Positions 18,474 to 27,020 of a DNA stretch of 64,000 bases are shown here, one piece after another. Source of the stretch: Saprospiraceae bacterium (GTDB lineage Bacteria > Bacteroidota > Bacteroidia > Chitinophagales > Saprospiraceae); the NCBI GenBank assembly GCA_020848695.1, contig JADLHT010000061.1, positions 35,788 through 99,787 of the forward strand, written 5' to 3'. How positions within the stretch are numbered: position 1 is the stretch's first letter; every line of letters starts with the position of its first letter. A program made the position numbers and the translations under genes. The notes under the pieces were generated by a model. That model was given only the letters and a program-made list of their open reading frames with translations, had not been told where the DNA came from and searched no databases.

Positions 18474-19526
18474 CTAAAGTATTTTTTTTATTTCGTAACA
18501 GGCATCCAGATAAAATTTATGGGTCCAATTCACATACTGGTATGGAAAATAATTTCCGGATTTTGGATGACTGGCATATAATGCGCCATTGTGATCTTTA
18601 TTTGTACTTTTTATCTGCCAGGACATCAATTCTTTTATCAATTTGATTGCAATTTCTTTGTAAATTGAATTTTGGCTTATCTGATAGGCTTTACAAAAAA
18701 GAGAAATAAATTGAGCTTGTCCTGTTGTGCAGCAATAGTTTGATTGGTTCCTAAATTGATTATCATATTCAGCACCGAGCAGTTTCGTTTGTTGGATTTG
18801 TTCTGCAAATTGATCCAATGTCTTTATAGTTAATTCGATTAATGAACTATTGTTCAATAATCGGCCGGATTCTAAAAAGCCTTCCAGTCCATAGGCAATA
18901 GTATGAGTTAATGCATGAGGTGTATTGTAAAAGCTAAAAGAAGACAATCCATTCTTCTGATAAGCCTCGGCCAAGAATTGAAGAGACTGATTTATTCTGT
19001 CAAGATTGTCTAACTTACATTTTATCATGGGCCATAATGCCCTTGAGTAGTAAGATTGATACAAATTTTCAGTATAAAGTCCTTTGTAACAAATTCCATT
19101 GTGATCTAATGCATTCAGAAGCCAATCATAAGCAAGATTTAATGAATTTAAATAAATTGCATTTTTACTATATTCATATGCCTCAACCAAGCCAAAAAGA
19201 ATCTGACCTGTATTAAAGAAGGAAGGAGTTTTTAAAGAAATTCCTGAATTATAGCTTCCATCTTCATTTTGAATTTTTACTAACCATTCAGAAAGTTTAA
19301 TTCCTATCTCTATTGACTGAGGATGTGACCCAGAGTTGGTTCTCAATAGATTTTCAATAAGAAAACCAGTCGTTTCAGGATAAGCCTTTCTCCAGGCAAT
19401 TATTCCCGGAAGATAATTTCTACGGCTGTGAGATATTCCTTTTTCCTGAGTTACTTCAAAAGCCCTTTGCAGCCAACATATAGTTAAATGCTCAGATCTA
19501 TTAATATCCCGAATCAGATCTGACAT
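18474..19526 (-). CDS. Uncharacterised alpha/alpha-toroid-like protein (prenyltransferase / terpene-cyclase / AGE-like repeats)
   Basis: It has repeated helical hairpin motifs 'YPETTGFLIENLL', 'NEDGSYNSG', 'FNTGQILFGLVEAY' and 'CTTGQAQFISLFCKAY', and no signal peptide. Its function is not identifiable by eye. Confidence 0.4.
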   Translation of the reverse strand: MSDLIRDINRSEHLTICWLQRAFEVTQEKGISHSRRNYLPGIIAWRKAYPETTGFLIENLLRTNSGSHPQSIEIGIKLSEWLVKIQNEDGSYNSGISLKTPSFFNTGQILFGLVEAYEYSKNAIYLNSLNLAYDWLLNALDHNGICYKGLYTENLYQSYYSRALWPMIKCKLDNLDRINQSLQFLAEAYQKNGLSSFSFYNTPHALTHTIAYGLEGFLESGRLLNNSSLIELTIKTLDQFAEQIQQTKLLGAEYDNQFRNQSNYCCTTGQAQFISLFCKAYQISQNSIYKEIAIKLIKELMSWQIKSTNKDHNGALYASHPKSGNYFPYQYVNWTHKFYLDACYEIKKIL

Positions 19527-20414
19527 TTATCTTAATTTCTGAATATTCCGCAATATTGGGTTCGGAATATAATATGTGTTAGGATAAATTATTGTCCGGC
19601 TTCCAAAAGTTTTAAAAATTTTTGCAATTTCCAATTTGGAGGAACCGTCAAAATTGAAGTGGCAATTCTTAGTTAAAGCCCATTGAATACCTTCCCATAT
19701 TAATGAAAGATGACTACCTCTCATAGTCTTCTCTCGATTGTTATAATTAAAGCTGTAGTAAATACAATCTTTTGAATGAATAAAAACTGAGATTGAATGA
19801 ATAGTGTCATGAGACCTGCAAACAAATGCTTTTAAAATTCCTAGTTGAATTGAATTATCAATAAATTGTGAGAATTTTATTCTATTTAAATTGGATGCCG
19901 AGTAAGCTGAATTTTTAAATATTTCCTCTATAATTGTTTCAACGTTAGTACACTCTACTACTTCTGAATTTTGACGGGCATAGACTATATCATTGCGTGC
20001 TTCGCTTCTTAATTTTTCCCAAATTGAATTTATATCTTTGGATTTTTCAATCAACTCAGTAAATGCAAGTTGAAAAACCAATCGTTTACATGAAACTCGA
20101 GCCATATCCAAGGTATCAATTTTAAACTTTAATTGAGCAACATCCCATTTTTTTAGTTGGGTACAAAGTAATTGAATGAGATGCAATTCTGTATTGAATT
20201 TTGTGGATTTGTTAATATCTGAGTTGTGATGAATAATGACCGAATTAAATGGTGAAAATGGAATGGAATAAGCAATGTTGAGAAAGTACTTTCTCATTGG
20301 AAAGAGAACAACATGAAGATGAGATTCTTTATACTTTATCAAGATTTCTTCATGAGAGTTGCAAAAGCAATCAAGCCAGTTATCTGATAAAAAAAGTTCT
20401 TTAGTAATACTCAT
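19527..20414 (-). CDS. FemAB/GNAT-like acyl- or aminoacyl-transferase (PF13480-like)
   Basis: 'INSIWEKLRSEARNDIVYARQNSEVVE' and 'GSHLSLIWEGIQWALTKNCHFNFDGSS...IAKIFKTFGS' follow the FemAB-type GNAT pattern. Its stop abuts the start of 18474..19526. Confidence 0.55.
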   Translation of the reverse strand: MSITKELFLSDNWLDCFCNSHEEILIKYKESHLHVVLFPMRKYFLNIAYSIPFSPFNSVIIHHNSDINKSTKFNTELHLIQLLCTQLKKWDVAQLKFKIDTLDMARVSCKRLVFQLAFTELIEKSKDINSIWEKLRSEARNDIVYARQNSEVVECTNVETIIEEIFKNSAYSASNLNRIKFSQFIDNSIQLGILKAFVCRSHDTIHSISVFIHSKDCIYYSFNYNNREKTMRGSHLSLIWEGIQWALTKNCHFNFDGSSKLEIAKIFKTFGSRTIIYPNTYYIPNPILRNIQKLR

Positions 20415-20468
20415 TGTAATGACGTATGCAAAAATAAAAATAGATTAATATTTTTTACTATTTATTCA

Positions 20469-20476
20469 TAGTTTTG
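20469..20476 (+). promoter_or_regulatory. Bacteroidota -7 promoter motif TAGTTTTG upstream of the flippase operon
   Basis: It matches TAnnTTTG, 18 nt upstream of the ATG at 20494, in the 79-bp divergent intergenic region. Confidence 0.4.
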
Positions 20477-20493
20477 CAATTGCTGCTTTATTA

Positions 20494-21921
20494 ATGACGG
20501 ATCTACATCAGAAATTCAATTCAATTTTTCGCTGGCAATTCTTCTCAATAAGTGTTATATCTGTAATTCAACTGATTACCATAATACTACTGGGTAGATT
20601 GCTGGAGTATAAAGAACTGGGTTCGTTTGCGCTTTTTCAGATTGTATTTCGTTTTGCATTATATTGTCTGGATCCTGGGATGTTCTTCAGTGTTGTTCAG
20701 AAACATGAGAGTAACTTAAAATTAGTCCAAAAGCTCTTTGTACTACAATTAGTGTATGTTATTATTTCCTATTTAGTTTTAGGTTTACTCTCTATATTTT
20801 CCGATTCCTTTAAAGAATTGTATGGTTCATTATTAATCAATTGTTTTTTAATCATTATTATTATAGGTATTGGTTCGTATTTTCAGTCCAAGCTGGTTCA
20901 AAAATTCAGACAGAGAGAAATTGCCATTTTTCAAACTTTGGGGTATCTGGCTGAACTCTTGTTTGTTATTGTTTTTTGTACTAAGTTTAATCCGGTATTG
21001 GTATTTAGTTATGGGATAATTTTAAGATTTTTGATATTCTATATGTTATGCTTCATTCTTGTTTGGAATAAAAGCAATTGTATGGAAACTCAGGAATTAT
21101 TAAACAATACTTCAAGAGATCATCTTGAGCAAAATCATTACAACATTGCATCCCAGATTCTTAGTTTCTTTCAAGGACAGTACGATACATTTATCATTAT
21201 TAGCCTATTTGGAATGTCAACACTTGGAGGCTATATATTAACAACTGAAATAAGTTATGTAATATTTTCAAAATTAAATCCAATTTTCACAAAAGCGATT
21301 ATTCCTACTGTTTCAAAATCCATGGATGACTTACTAATGGCTTCTAAACTGATTGAAAACAGTATGAATAATTTTTTATTGATAAGTGGCTTGTTATATG
21401 GTTTTTTCTGGATATTTCGATTAGAATTATTTAGTTTTCTATTTAAAGACAAATCGACTGATCTAAGTTATTACGCCATATTTCTGTTTATTGTAGCTTT
21501 TAGCAAATCGGTAAACAATATAATTAATTCCTATTTTTTAGCCTTAGGATTTGCTAAAAGAATATTTCATTGGAATATTTTACTTTTAATTTTTAATTAT
21601 TTAATATTCGGAATCTTTTACTTTTTTAAATTAGATCTTGATATTTTTTTAAAGTTCAGCGTGATTTATTCATTGACTATAACAGGCATAGTATATATAT
21701 TATTGAGAAAGGTCATATTATTCTGTAATATACCCGAAATCAAGATTCAAATCAGACCATTAATAATCTTTCTAACCTGTATTATAATCATGTCAGGCCT
21801 ACACAACTTTGTATTAAATACAATGATTTCACTTTGCTTATCGATTATTTCTGTACTTTTAATTCTATACAATTTTGAAAGGGATAGATTGAATTCCTGG
21901 CTTAAATTAAAAGTAATTTAA
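20494..21921 (+). CDS. Wzx-type oligosaccharide/polysaccharide flippase (MOP superfamily)
   Basis: It is 475 aa with about 12-14 hydrophobic segments. It sits at the head of a glycosyltransferase operon, and its stop overlaps the next start (TAATG). Confidence 0.7.
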   Translation: MTDLHQKFNSIFRWQFFSISVISVIQLITIILLGRLLEYKELGSFALFQIVFRFALYCLDPGMFFSVVQKHESNLKLVQKLFVLQLVYVIISYLVLGLLSIFSDSFKELYGSLLINCFLIIIIIGIGSYFQSKLVQKFRQREIAIFQTLGYLAELLFVIVFCTKFNPVLVFSYGIILRFLIFYMLCFILVWNKSNCMETQELLNNTSRDHLEQNHYNIASQILSFFQGQYDTFIIISLFGMSTLGGYILTTEISYVIFSKLNPIFTKAIIPTVSKSMDDLLMASKLIENSMNNFLLISGLLYGFFWIFRLELFSFLFKDKSTDLSYYAIFLFIVAFSKSVNNIINSYFLALGFAKRIFHWNILLLIFNYLIFGIFYFFKLDLDIFLKFSVIYSLTITGIVYILLRKVILFCNIPEIKIQIRPLIIFLTCIIIMSGLHNFVLNTMISLCLSIISVLLILYNFERDRLNSWLKLKVI

Positions 21922-23537
21922 TGTCATCATTCGTTATTACAAATTTACTATTTAATCCAGGCACTAATGTGGCTAGTGACGAAAAGCCCTATAAAATATT
22001 AGATTATACTGTTCTTGTTAAGCAAACTAATTTGTTTAATCAACTATTAAAGGTAAATGATAACTTCATTTGTCATATTCTTGGCAACCCTGTTTTAAAA
22101 AGAACTTTTTCTTTGGTATGGAGTGAATGCAATTTACAAGAATTATGGAACGACGACAAGAGTATTTATAAATTCTTTAAGAATTGGAATGGAATTACTG
22201 CTCTTTTAATGGTAAATAAAGATCTCAATCAAATAAGAATTATTACAGATCCCTTAGGGTTTTTTCCGATTTTCATTTATGAGGATCCAAACGGATTAAT
22301 CATTACCAATGAACTGAAGCAGTTTTGGAATTATAATATTCAACCGTTGGAGTGGGATTTCGAATCCATACAAGCATATTACAATAATGGCCATTTTATT
22401 TCTGGGAGAACTTGGTTTAAAAATTGTTTAAGAGTCTTGCCCGCCCAAAGAGTTACGATTAATGCAGACGAGGTTAAAATCAATAAAGAATTTTATTGGA
22501 CCTGGAGTCAATCTATTCCTAATAAATTAAACTATGAAGATACAGTTGAGGAATATTATAATACATTTAGCAAGACATTTGAAGAAATAGATTTGAACAA
22601 CAAACATGTTGGAGTCGGGCTTAGCGGTGGAATGGATAGTCGTTGGGTAGCGTATGAACTTAGTAAAACCAAAGCACAGGTAAAAGCCTTTACCCTTTCA
22701 GAAGGAAATTCTATAGACTTGAATATTGCAAGAAAAGTTTCTTCAATTTTAAAAATGGAACATTTCAAAATTCCTATCCAAATAACAGGTTGGTACCGAA
22801 AGAGATTGAAGCAATTTTGGGAAATAGATGGCTTAATACCATTACAACATTTTCATGAAGGTCCCATTTATGAGCAGTTGACTCAAAAATTTGACCTAAT
22901 TTCAACTGGTTTTTACGGAGGTGGAATTTATGCCACAGGTAGCTATCTTAATCAAAGGATAAATAGTTTTCTTGCGAATCAATATTTGTCATTGAAGAAA
23001 ATTTCAGCCTGTTCAGACTTAGATTATTTTAATATTGATTCTATTGATCCTTATCTTTCATGGCAAAAAATTTCTCAGTGTGGAGCATTACAGGTATATA
23101 CCATGTCAAAGTATATTAATGTCCTTATCCCTTTTTATAATATTGATTGGATGGTATTTAATTATTCCATACGAGAACAATGGCAGGAATACAGTAAATT
23201 TTATCTTAAAGTACTAAGCCGATACCTTCCCGAAAAATTAGCAAGAAGCATATGGCAAAAAACCTTGATACCGGCATCATGGATTAATTCGAACTATTGG
23301 ATTCAGAGATTAAAGTTTAATAAAATTTTGAAGAAATTATTTGAATGGTGTGGTTTAAAAACAAGCTTTGTAAATTACAATTGTATTCATAAGGATTTTC
23401 AGGATATCCTTGAAATTCTGGAGATTCCAGATTTTTTAAAGGCCTGGAGACCTGAAACAACAGAACAAAAATTGCGATACTCTTCAATTATTATTTGGTA
23501 TCACATGTGGACTAAAAGAAGACCTGATGTCCTATAA
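21921..23537 (+). CDS. Asparagine-synthase-like PP-loop ATP pyrophosphatase (amidotransferase family) lacking the N-terminal Cys nucleophile
   Basis: The PP-loop is 'VGVGLSGGMDSRWVAYEL'. The N-terminus is 'MSSFVI', not 'MCG'. Confidence 0.65.
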   Translation: MSSFVITNLLFNPGTNVASDEKPYKILDYTVLVKQTNLFNQLLKVNDNFICHILGNPVLKRTFSLVWSECNLQELWNDDKSIYKFFKNWNGITALLMVNKDLNQIRIITDPLGFFPIFIYEDPNGLIITNELKQFWNYNIQPLEWDFESIQAYYNNGHFISGRTWFKNCLRVLPAQRVTINADEVKINKEFYWTWSQSIPNKLNYEDTVEEYYNTFSKTFEEIDLNNKHVGVGLSGGMDSRWVAYELSKTKAQVKAFTLSEGNSIDLNIARKVSSILKMEHFKIPIQITGWYRKRLKQFWEIDGLIPLQHFHEGPIYEQLTQKFDLISTGFYGGGIYATGSYLNQRINSFLANQYLSLKKISACSDLDYFNIDSIDPYLSWQKISQCGALQVYTMSKYINVLIPFYNIDWMVFNYSIREQWQEYSKFYLKVLSRYLPEKLARSIWQKTLIPASWINSNYWIQRLKFNKILKKLFEWCGLKTSFVNYNCIHKDFQDILEILEIPDFLKAWRPETTEQKLRYSSIIIWYHMWTKRRPDVL

Positions 23538-24657
23538 AGTATTACATGTGGTAGATCATTATCTACAGGAGACCATGAACTGGCTTCAGGAATTGTTCTT
23601 AGCAACTGAGTCTGAGGTTAATCATACTATTGCAGCCATTTACAGAAGCAGTGACGAGAATAGATATAAAATTCTGGAAGGATTCGGTCTGCAGATAACT
23701 TATCCTCCCAATCATTTTAATCGAATTTGCTCTTTCCTAACTCAAGGTATAGATGAAATGAAAATGATTGAATACTCAAAGAACGAGAATATAGATGCTG
23801 TACATTTTCATTTTGGCAATGTTGCCCTTCGATTTGAAAAAATACTTAATAAATTGAATTGTAAGAAATTTATTTCTCTTTATGGTTTTGATTATGAATT
23901 GTTGATTAGAAAAAATCCCGAAACATTAAACATCTATAGAAAATTGGCTAAGGGAGGTGCAAATTTTATAGTTGAAGGAAGGTATAGCAAAAAACTGGTT
24001 GAGTCCTACGGAATTCCAACTTCCCAAATTTATATTGTAGAAATGTTTTTTCAACGAGCTTTAAAACCTGCATATATTCCCTGGATCATTCCTATTAGAC
24101 TTATGCAGGCGGCTACTTACACAGAAAAAAAAGGACAACTTATCCTACTAGAAGCCTTGTCACGATTAAGAGAATCTCAAATGTTCATTGTTGATTTATA
24201 TGGCGAAGTGGTAGATCCAAATTATTACAAAGAATTGAAGCATATTTTAAAGATTAACAAACTGAATTCTGTAAACTTGAATCCAAAGATTACTTTAAAT
24301 TTATATATTGAAAAACTGAAAAATTCTCATGTAGTAGCCAGTTTGAGTAAGCATACTGAAAAAGGCGATTCAGAAGGTGGATGTCCGGTAATAATCAAAG
24401 ATTCTTTCTCAGTAGGCAAACCTGTGTTGACAACTGATCACTGTGATATTCCTGACATTGCAATTCACCAGTATAATGCATGGCTGGTTAAAGAGAATTG
24501 TATTCATCAAGCTAAAGAAGCTTTACAACAGCTTACGAGAATTTCAGAAAGAAAGTATCTGCATTTTTGTAAATCAGCATGGGAGACCGCTATTGAAAAA
24601 TTGCAATCAGAATGGACCCGATCTTGTTTATTGCAAGCGTATCAAAATGGAAAATAG
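23527..24657 (+). CDS. Glycosyltransferase family 4 (GT-B, group 1)
   Basis: The C-terminal GT-B motif is 'EGGCPVIIKDSFSVGKPVLTTDHCDIPDI'. It overlaps the upstream gene by 11 nt. Confidence 0.7.
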   Translation: MSYKVLHVVDHYLQETMNWLQELFLATESEVNHTIAAIYRSSDENRYKILEGFGLQITYPPNHFNRICSFLTQGIDEMKMIEYSKNENIDAVHFHFGNVALRFEKILNKLNCKKFISLYGFDYELLIRKNPETLNIYRKLAKGGANFIVEGRYSKKLVESYGIPTSQIYIVEMFFQRALKPAYIPWIIPIRLMQAATYTEKKGQLILLEALSRLRESQMFIVDLYGEVVDPNYYKELKHILKINKLNSVNLNPKITLNLYIEKLKNSHVVASLSKHTEKGDSEGGCPVIIKDSFSVGKPVLTTDHCDIPDIAIHQYNAWLVKENCIHQAKEALQQLTRISERKYLHFCKSAWETAIEKLQSEWTRSCLLQAYQNGK

Positions 24658-25795
24658 AAGAATTGTTCTCTTCACACCTTATTATCCGCCTTTGATTAAT
24701 CCAAGAAGTATCAGAGTAAAAAATTTAATATCAGAACTGATTAATTTGGAAGAATTTCTTCTGATTACTAATCCAATGAGATTAGAACGCGAAAATTCTG
24801 ATTGGATAAGAGAACATGGTATTGATTTGTCTCCACAGTTTGGAAACACAACACAAAAAAGTTTTGCGAGAAGATTATTAGGACAGCTGATTTGGCCAGA
24901 TTTATTTGTTCTAAATAGCCTCTATCAATTATTTAAATATATCATTAAGTATAGAAAGAAACAAGACATTCTGATAACAGTATCCAATCCTGTTTCATGC
25001 CATTTAATTGGATTATTTTGCAAAGCAATTTATAATCAATTCTGGATAGCTGATATTGGAGATTTGTTTGATTCAAAAAAAACAAATCGGTCATTTATTG
25101 CAAAGTACTATGAGAATATTGTTCTTCAAAAAGCCGATAGAATAATTGTGAACTCCAAGAGTATTTATGAATATTATCAGTCTGAATATAAGATTAATAC
25201 AAATAAATTGTCGATAATTTATAATGGCTCAATGATAAATTTTGAAGGACTTCAATCCAGATTGATTAAACCCTACAAGATTAGTTATTTTGGGAATTCT
25301 TATTTACCCATAAGACCCGGAATAGCAGAGCTTCTCATCTTACAAGAAGCAATTTCGAAATTAGAAGAATCTGGTTTTTACTTTGAAGTAAAACTTATCG
25401 GTCGGCAAAATGAAAATTTGATTAATAGTATTGATTGCGATAGAATTCAATTATTAGAATTTGTTGACTCCAGTAAGTTAGAAATTCAATATAGCAATAC
25501 TAGTATATTGTTTAGCTTGGCAAATATAAATTATAAAGGATTGCCGAGTAAGCTTGAAGAATATTGTTTGAGCGGATTGCCTATAATTTATTTCTATTCT
25601 TCTTTGGATGATCCCGGTTTAGAGTATCTAGAAGGATATCATCCTCTATTTCTGTTTCACCTTGACCGCAGTAAAGTTGATGAGCTAATTGAGTTTATAC
25701 TGAAATACCATGAAGCAGGAATAAAACATATAACAAAAAACCTTAAACCCAATTCTACATCCTGGAGAAAACTTTTAGAAGAACTTAACAAATAA
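24647..25795 (+). CDS. Glycosyltransferase, GT-B/GT4-like
   Basis: It begins 'MENRRIVLFTPYYPP', a typical GT4 start, and contains 'GLPSKLEEYCLSGLPIIYF'. The ATG at 24647 was verified. The track ORF from 24443 would overlap the previous gene by 215 nt. Confidence 0.6.
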   Translation: MENRRIVLFTPYYPPLINPRSIRVKNLISELINLEEFLLITNPMRLERENSDWIREHGIDLSPQFGNTTQKSFARRLLGQLIWPDLFVLNSLYQLFKYIIKYRKKQDILITVSNPVSCHLIGLFCKAIYNQFWIADIGDLFDSKKTNRSFIAKYYENIVLQKADRIIVNSKSIYEYYQSEYKINTNKLSIIYNGSMINFEGLQSRLIKPYKISYFGNSYLPIRPGIAELLILQEAISKLEESGFYFEVKLIGRQNENLINSIDCDRIQLLEFVDSSKLEIQYSNTSILFSLANINYKGLPSKLEEYCLSGLPIIYFYSSLDDPGLEYLEGYHPLFLFHLDRSKVDELIEFILKYHEAGIKHITKNLKPNSTSWRKLLEELNK

Positions 25796-25834
25796 AACAA
25801 CTTGTAAATAAGCTCTATATTCGATATTTACAAC

Positions 25835-27016
25835 ATGAATTCAAGGCTTTTTGACTCTAAGCTACCCTTATCTGGAATATCTGTTTTTGCACGAATGACT
25901 GAGCTGGCAAATCGGTATTCAGCTGTTAATTTGGCACAGGGCTTTCCCGATTTTTCTCCTCCGGTCCAACTTTTTGACTATCTGAATGAAGGCGTTCAAA
26001 AAGGATTCAACCAATACGCACCCATGCCAGGACTCTTGCAATTAAGAGAAGAAATCTCCAATAGATTAAAAAATACTTATCAACATGATTCAGATCCGGA
26101 AACAGAAATAACTGTAACAGCCGGAGCAACTCAAGCCATCTATACCATTGTTAGCAGTATTATTAGGCATGGTGATAAGGCTATTTTATTTGAACCGGCT
26201 TATGATTCCTATGCACCATCAATCATAGCAAATGGCGGAATTCCTGTGTATTTGCGTTTAAATGAACCTTCTTTTGACATTCCTTGGGACGAACTGGAGG
26301 CTACTTTGGCAAAGGAAAAAATAAAATTAATTATAATTAATAATCCTCATAATCCTTGTGGTACTATTTTAAGTAAAGACAACGTCAACCGTTTGTATAC
26401 AATGGCAGAACAATACAATTGCATTTTAATTTGGGATGAAGTATATGACTTATTAGTTTATGACAATAATACCCATCATTCCGGACTTGAGCATGAACTG
26501 ATGTTGAAGCGGGGAATCGTTGTGTATTCAATGGGGAAGACTTTGCATAACACCGGATGGAAAATTGGTTATGTTATTGCCAATTCATATATAACTTCCG
26601 AAATTCGTAAGCTTCATCAATTTACAGTTTTTTCAGTGAATACTCCTGCACAATATGCTTCTGCAATGTTTTTAAAGAATCATTTTGACTTTTTTAAAAA
26701 ACTTTCCGAGTTCTATCAAACCAAAAGGGATTTCTTTGTAAAAAATTTGACTAAATGCGGTCTTGAGATTTTACCTGCTTCGGGTTCTTACTTTATATTA
26801 GCAAGGTATAATTTTGATAAGTCAATATCTGATGAATCCTTTGCGCAAAGATTGGCCCAATATTGTCAGGTAGCCTGTATTCCGATTTCAGCATTTTATC
26901 ATGATCGATATGATTCACGCATTGTTCGGTTCTGTTTTGCTAAAAAGGAAGAAACCTTACAAATCGCCTGTGAAAGATTGAATAATTCAATTGATAAAAT
27001 CCAAATAAGTAAGTAA
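25835..27016 (+). CDS. PLP-dependent aminotransferase class I/II (YbdL/methionine aminotransferase-like)
   Basis: 'NLAQGFPDF' and 'NNPHNPCG' are present, and the PLP-lysine region is 'YSMGKTLHNTGWKIGY'. Confidence 0.85.
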   Translation: MNSRLFDSKLPLSGISVFARMTELANRYSAVNLAQGFPDFSPPVQLFDYLNEGVQKGFNQYAPMPGLLQLREEISNRLKNTYQHDSDPETEITVTAGATQAIYTIVSSIIRHGDKAILFEPAYDSYAPSIIANGGIPVYLRLNEPSFDIPWDELEATLAKEKIKLIIINNPHNPCGTILSKDNVNRLYTMAEQYNCILIWDEVYDLLVYDNNTHHSGLEHELMLKRGIVVYSMGKTLHNTGWKIGYVIANSYITSEIRKLHQFTVFSVNTPAQYASAMFLKNHFDFFKKLSEFYQTKRDFFVKNLTKCGLEILPASGSYFILARYNFDKSISDESFAQRLAQYCQVACIPISAFYHDRYDSRIVRFCFAKKEETLQIACERLNNSIDKIQISK

Positions 27017-27020
27017 TAAG

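Noticed and set aside
24443-24646. Long N-terminal extensions of track ORFs: 24443 for the second GT, 39275 for the lipoprotein, 47664 for susC, 11717 for the CTD protein, and 2029, 30654, 31640 and 50870 for others.
   Set aside because: The extensions overlap the preceding gene or start at TTG. Internal ATGs give canonical signal peptides or family-typical N-termini.
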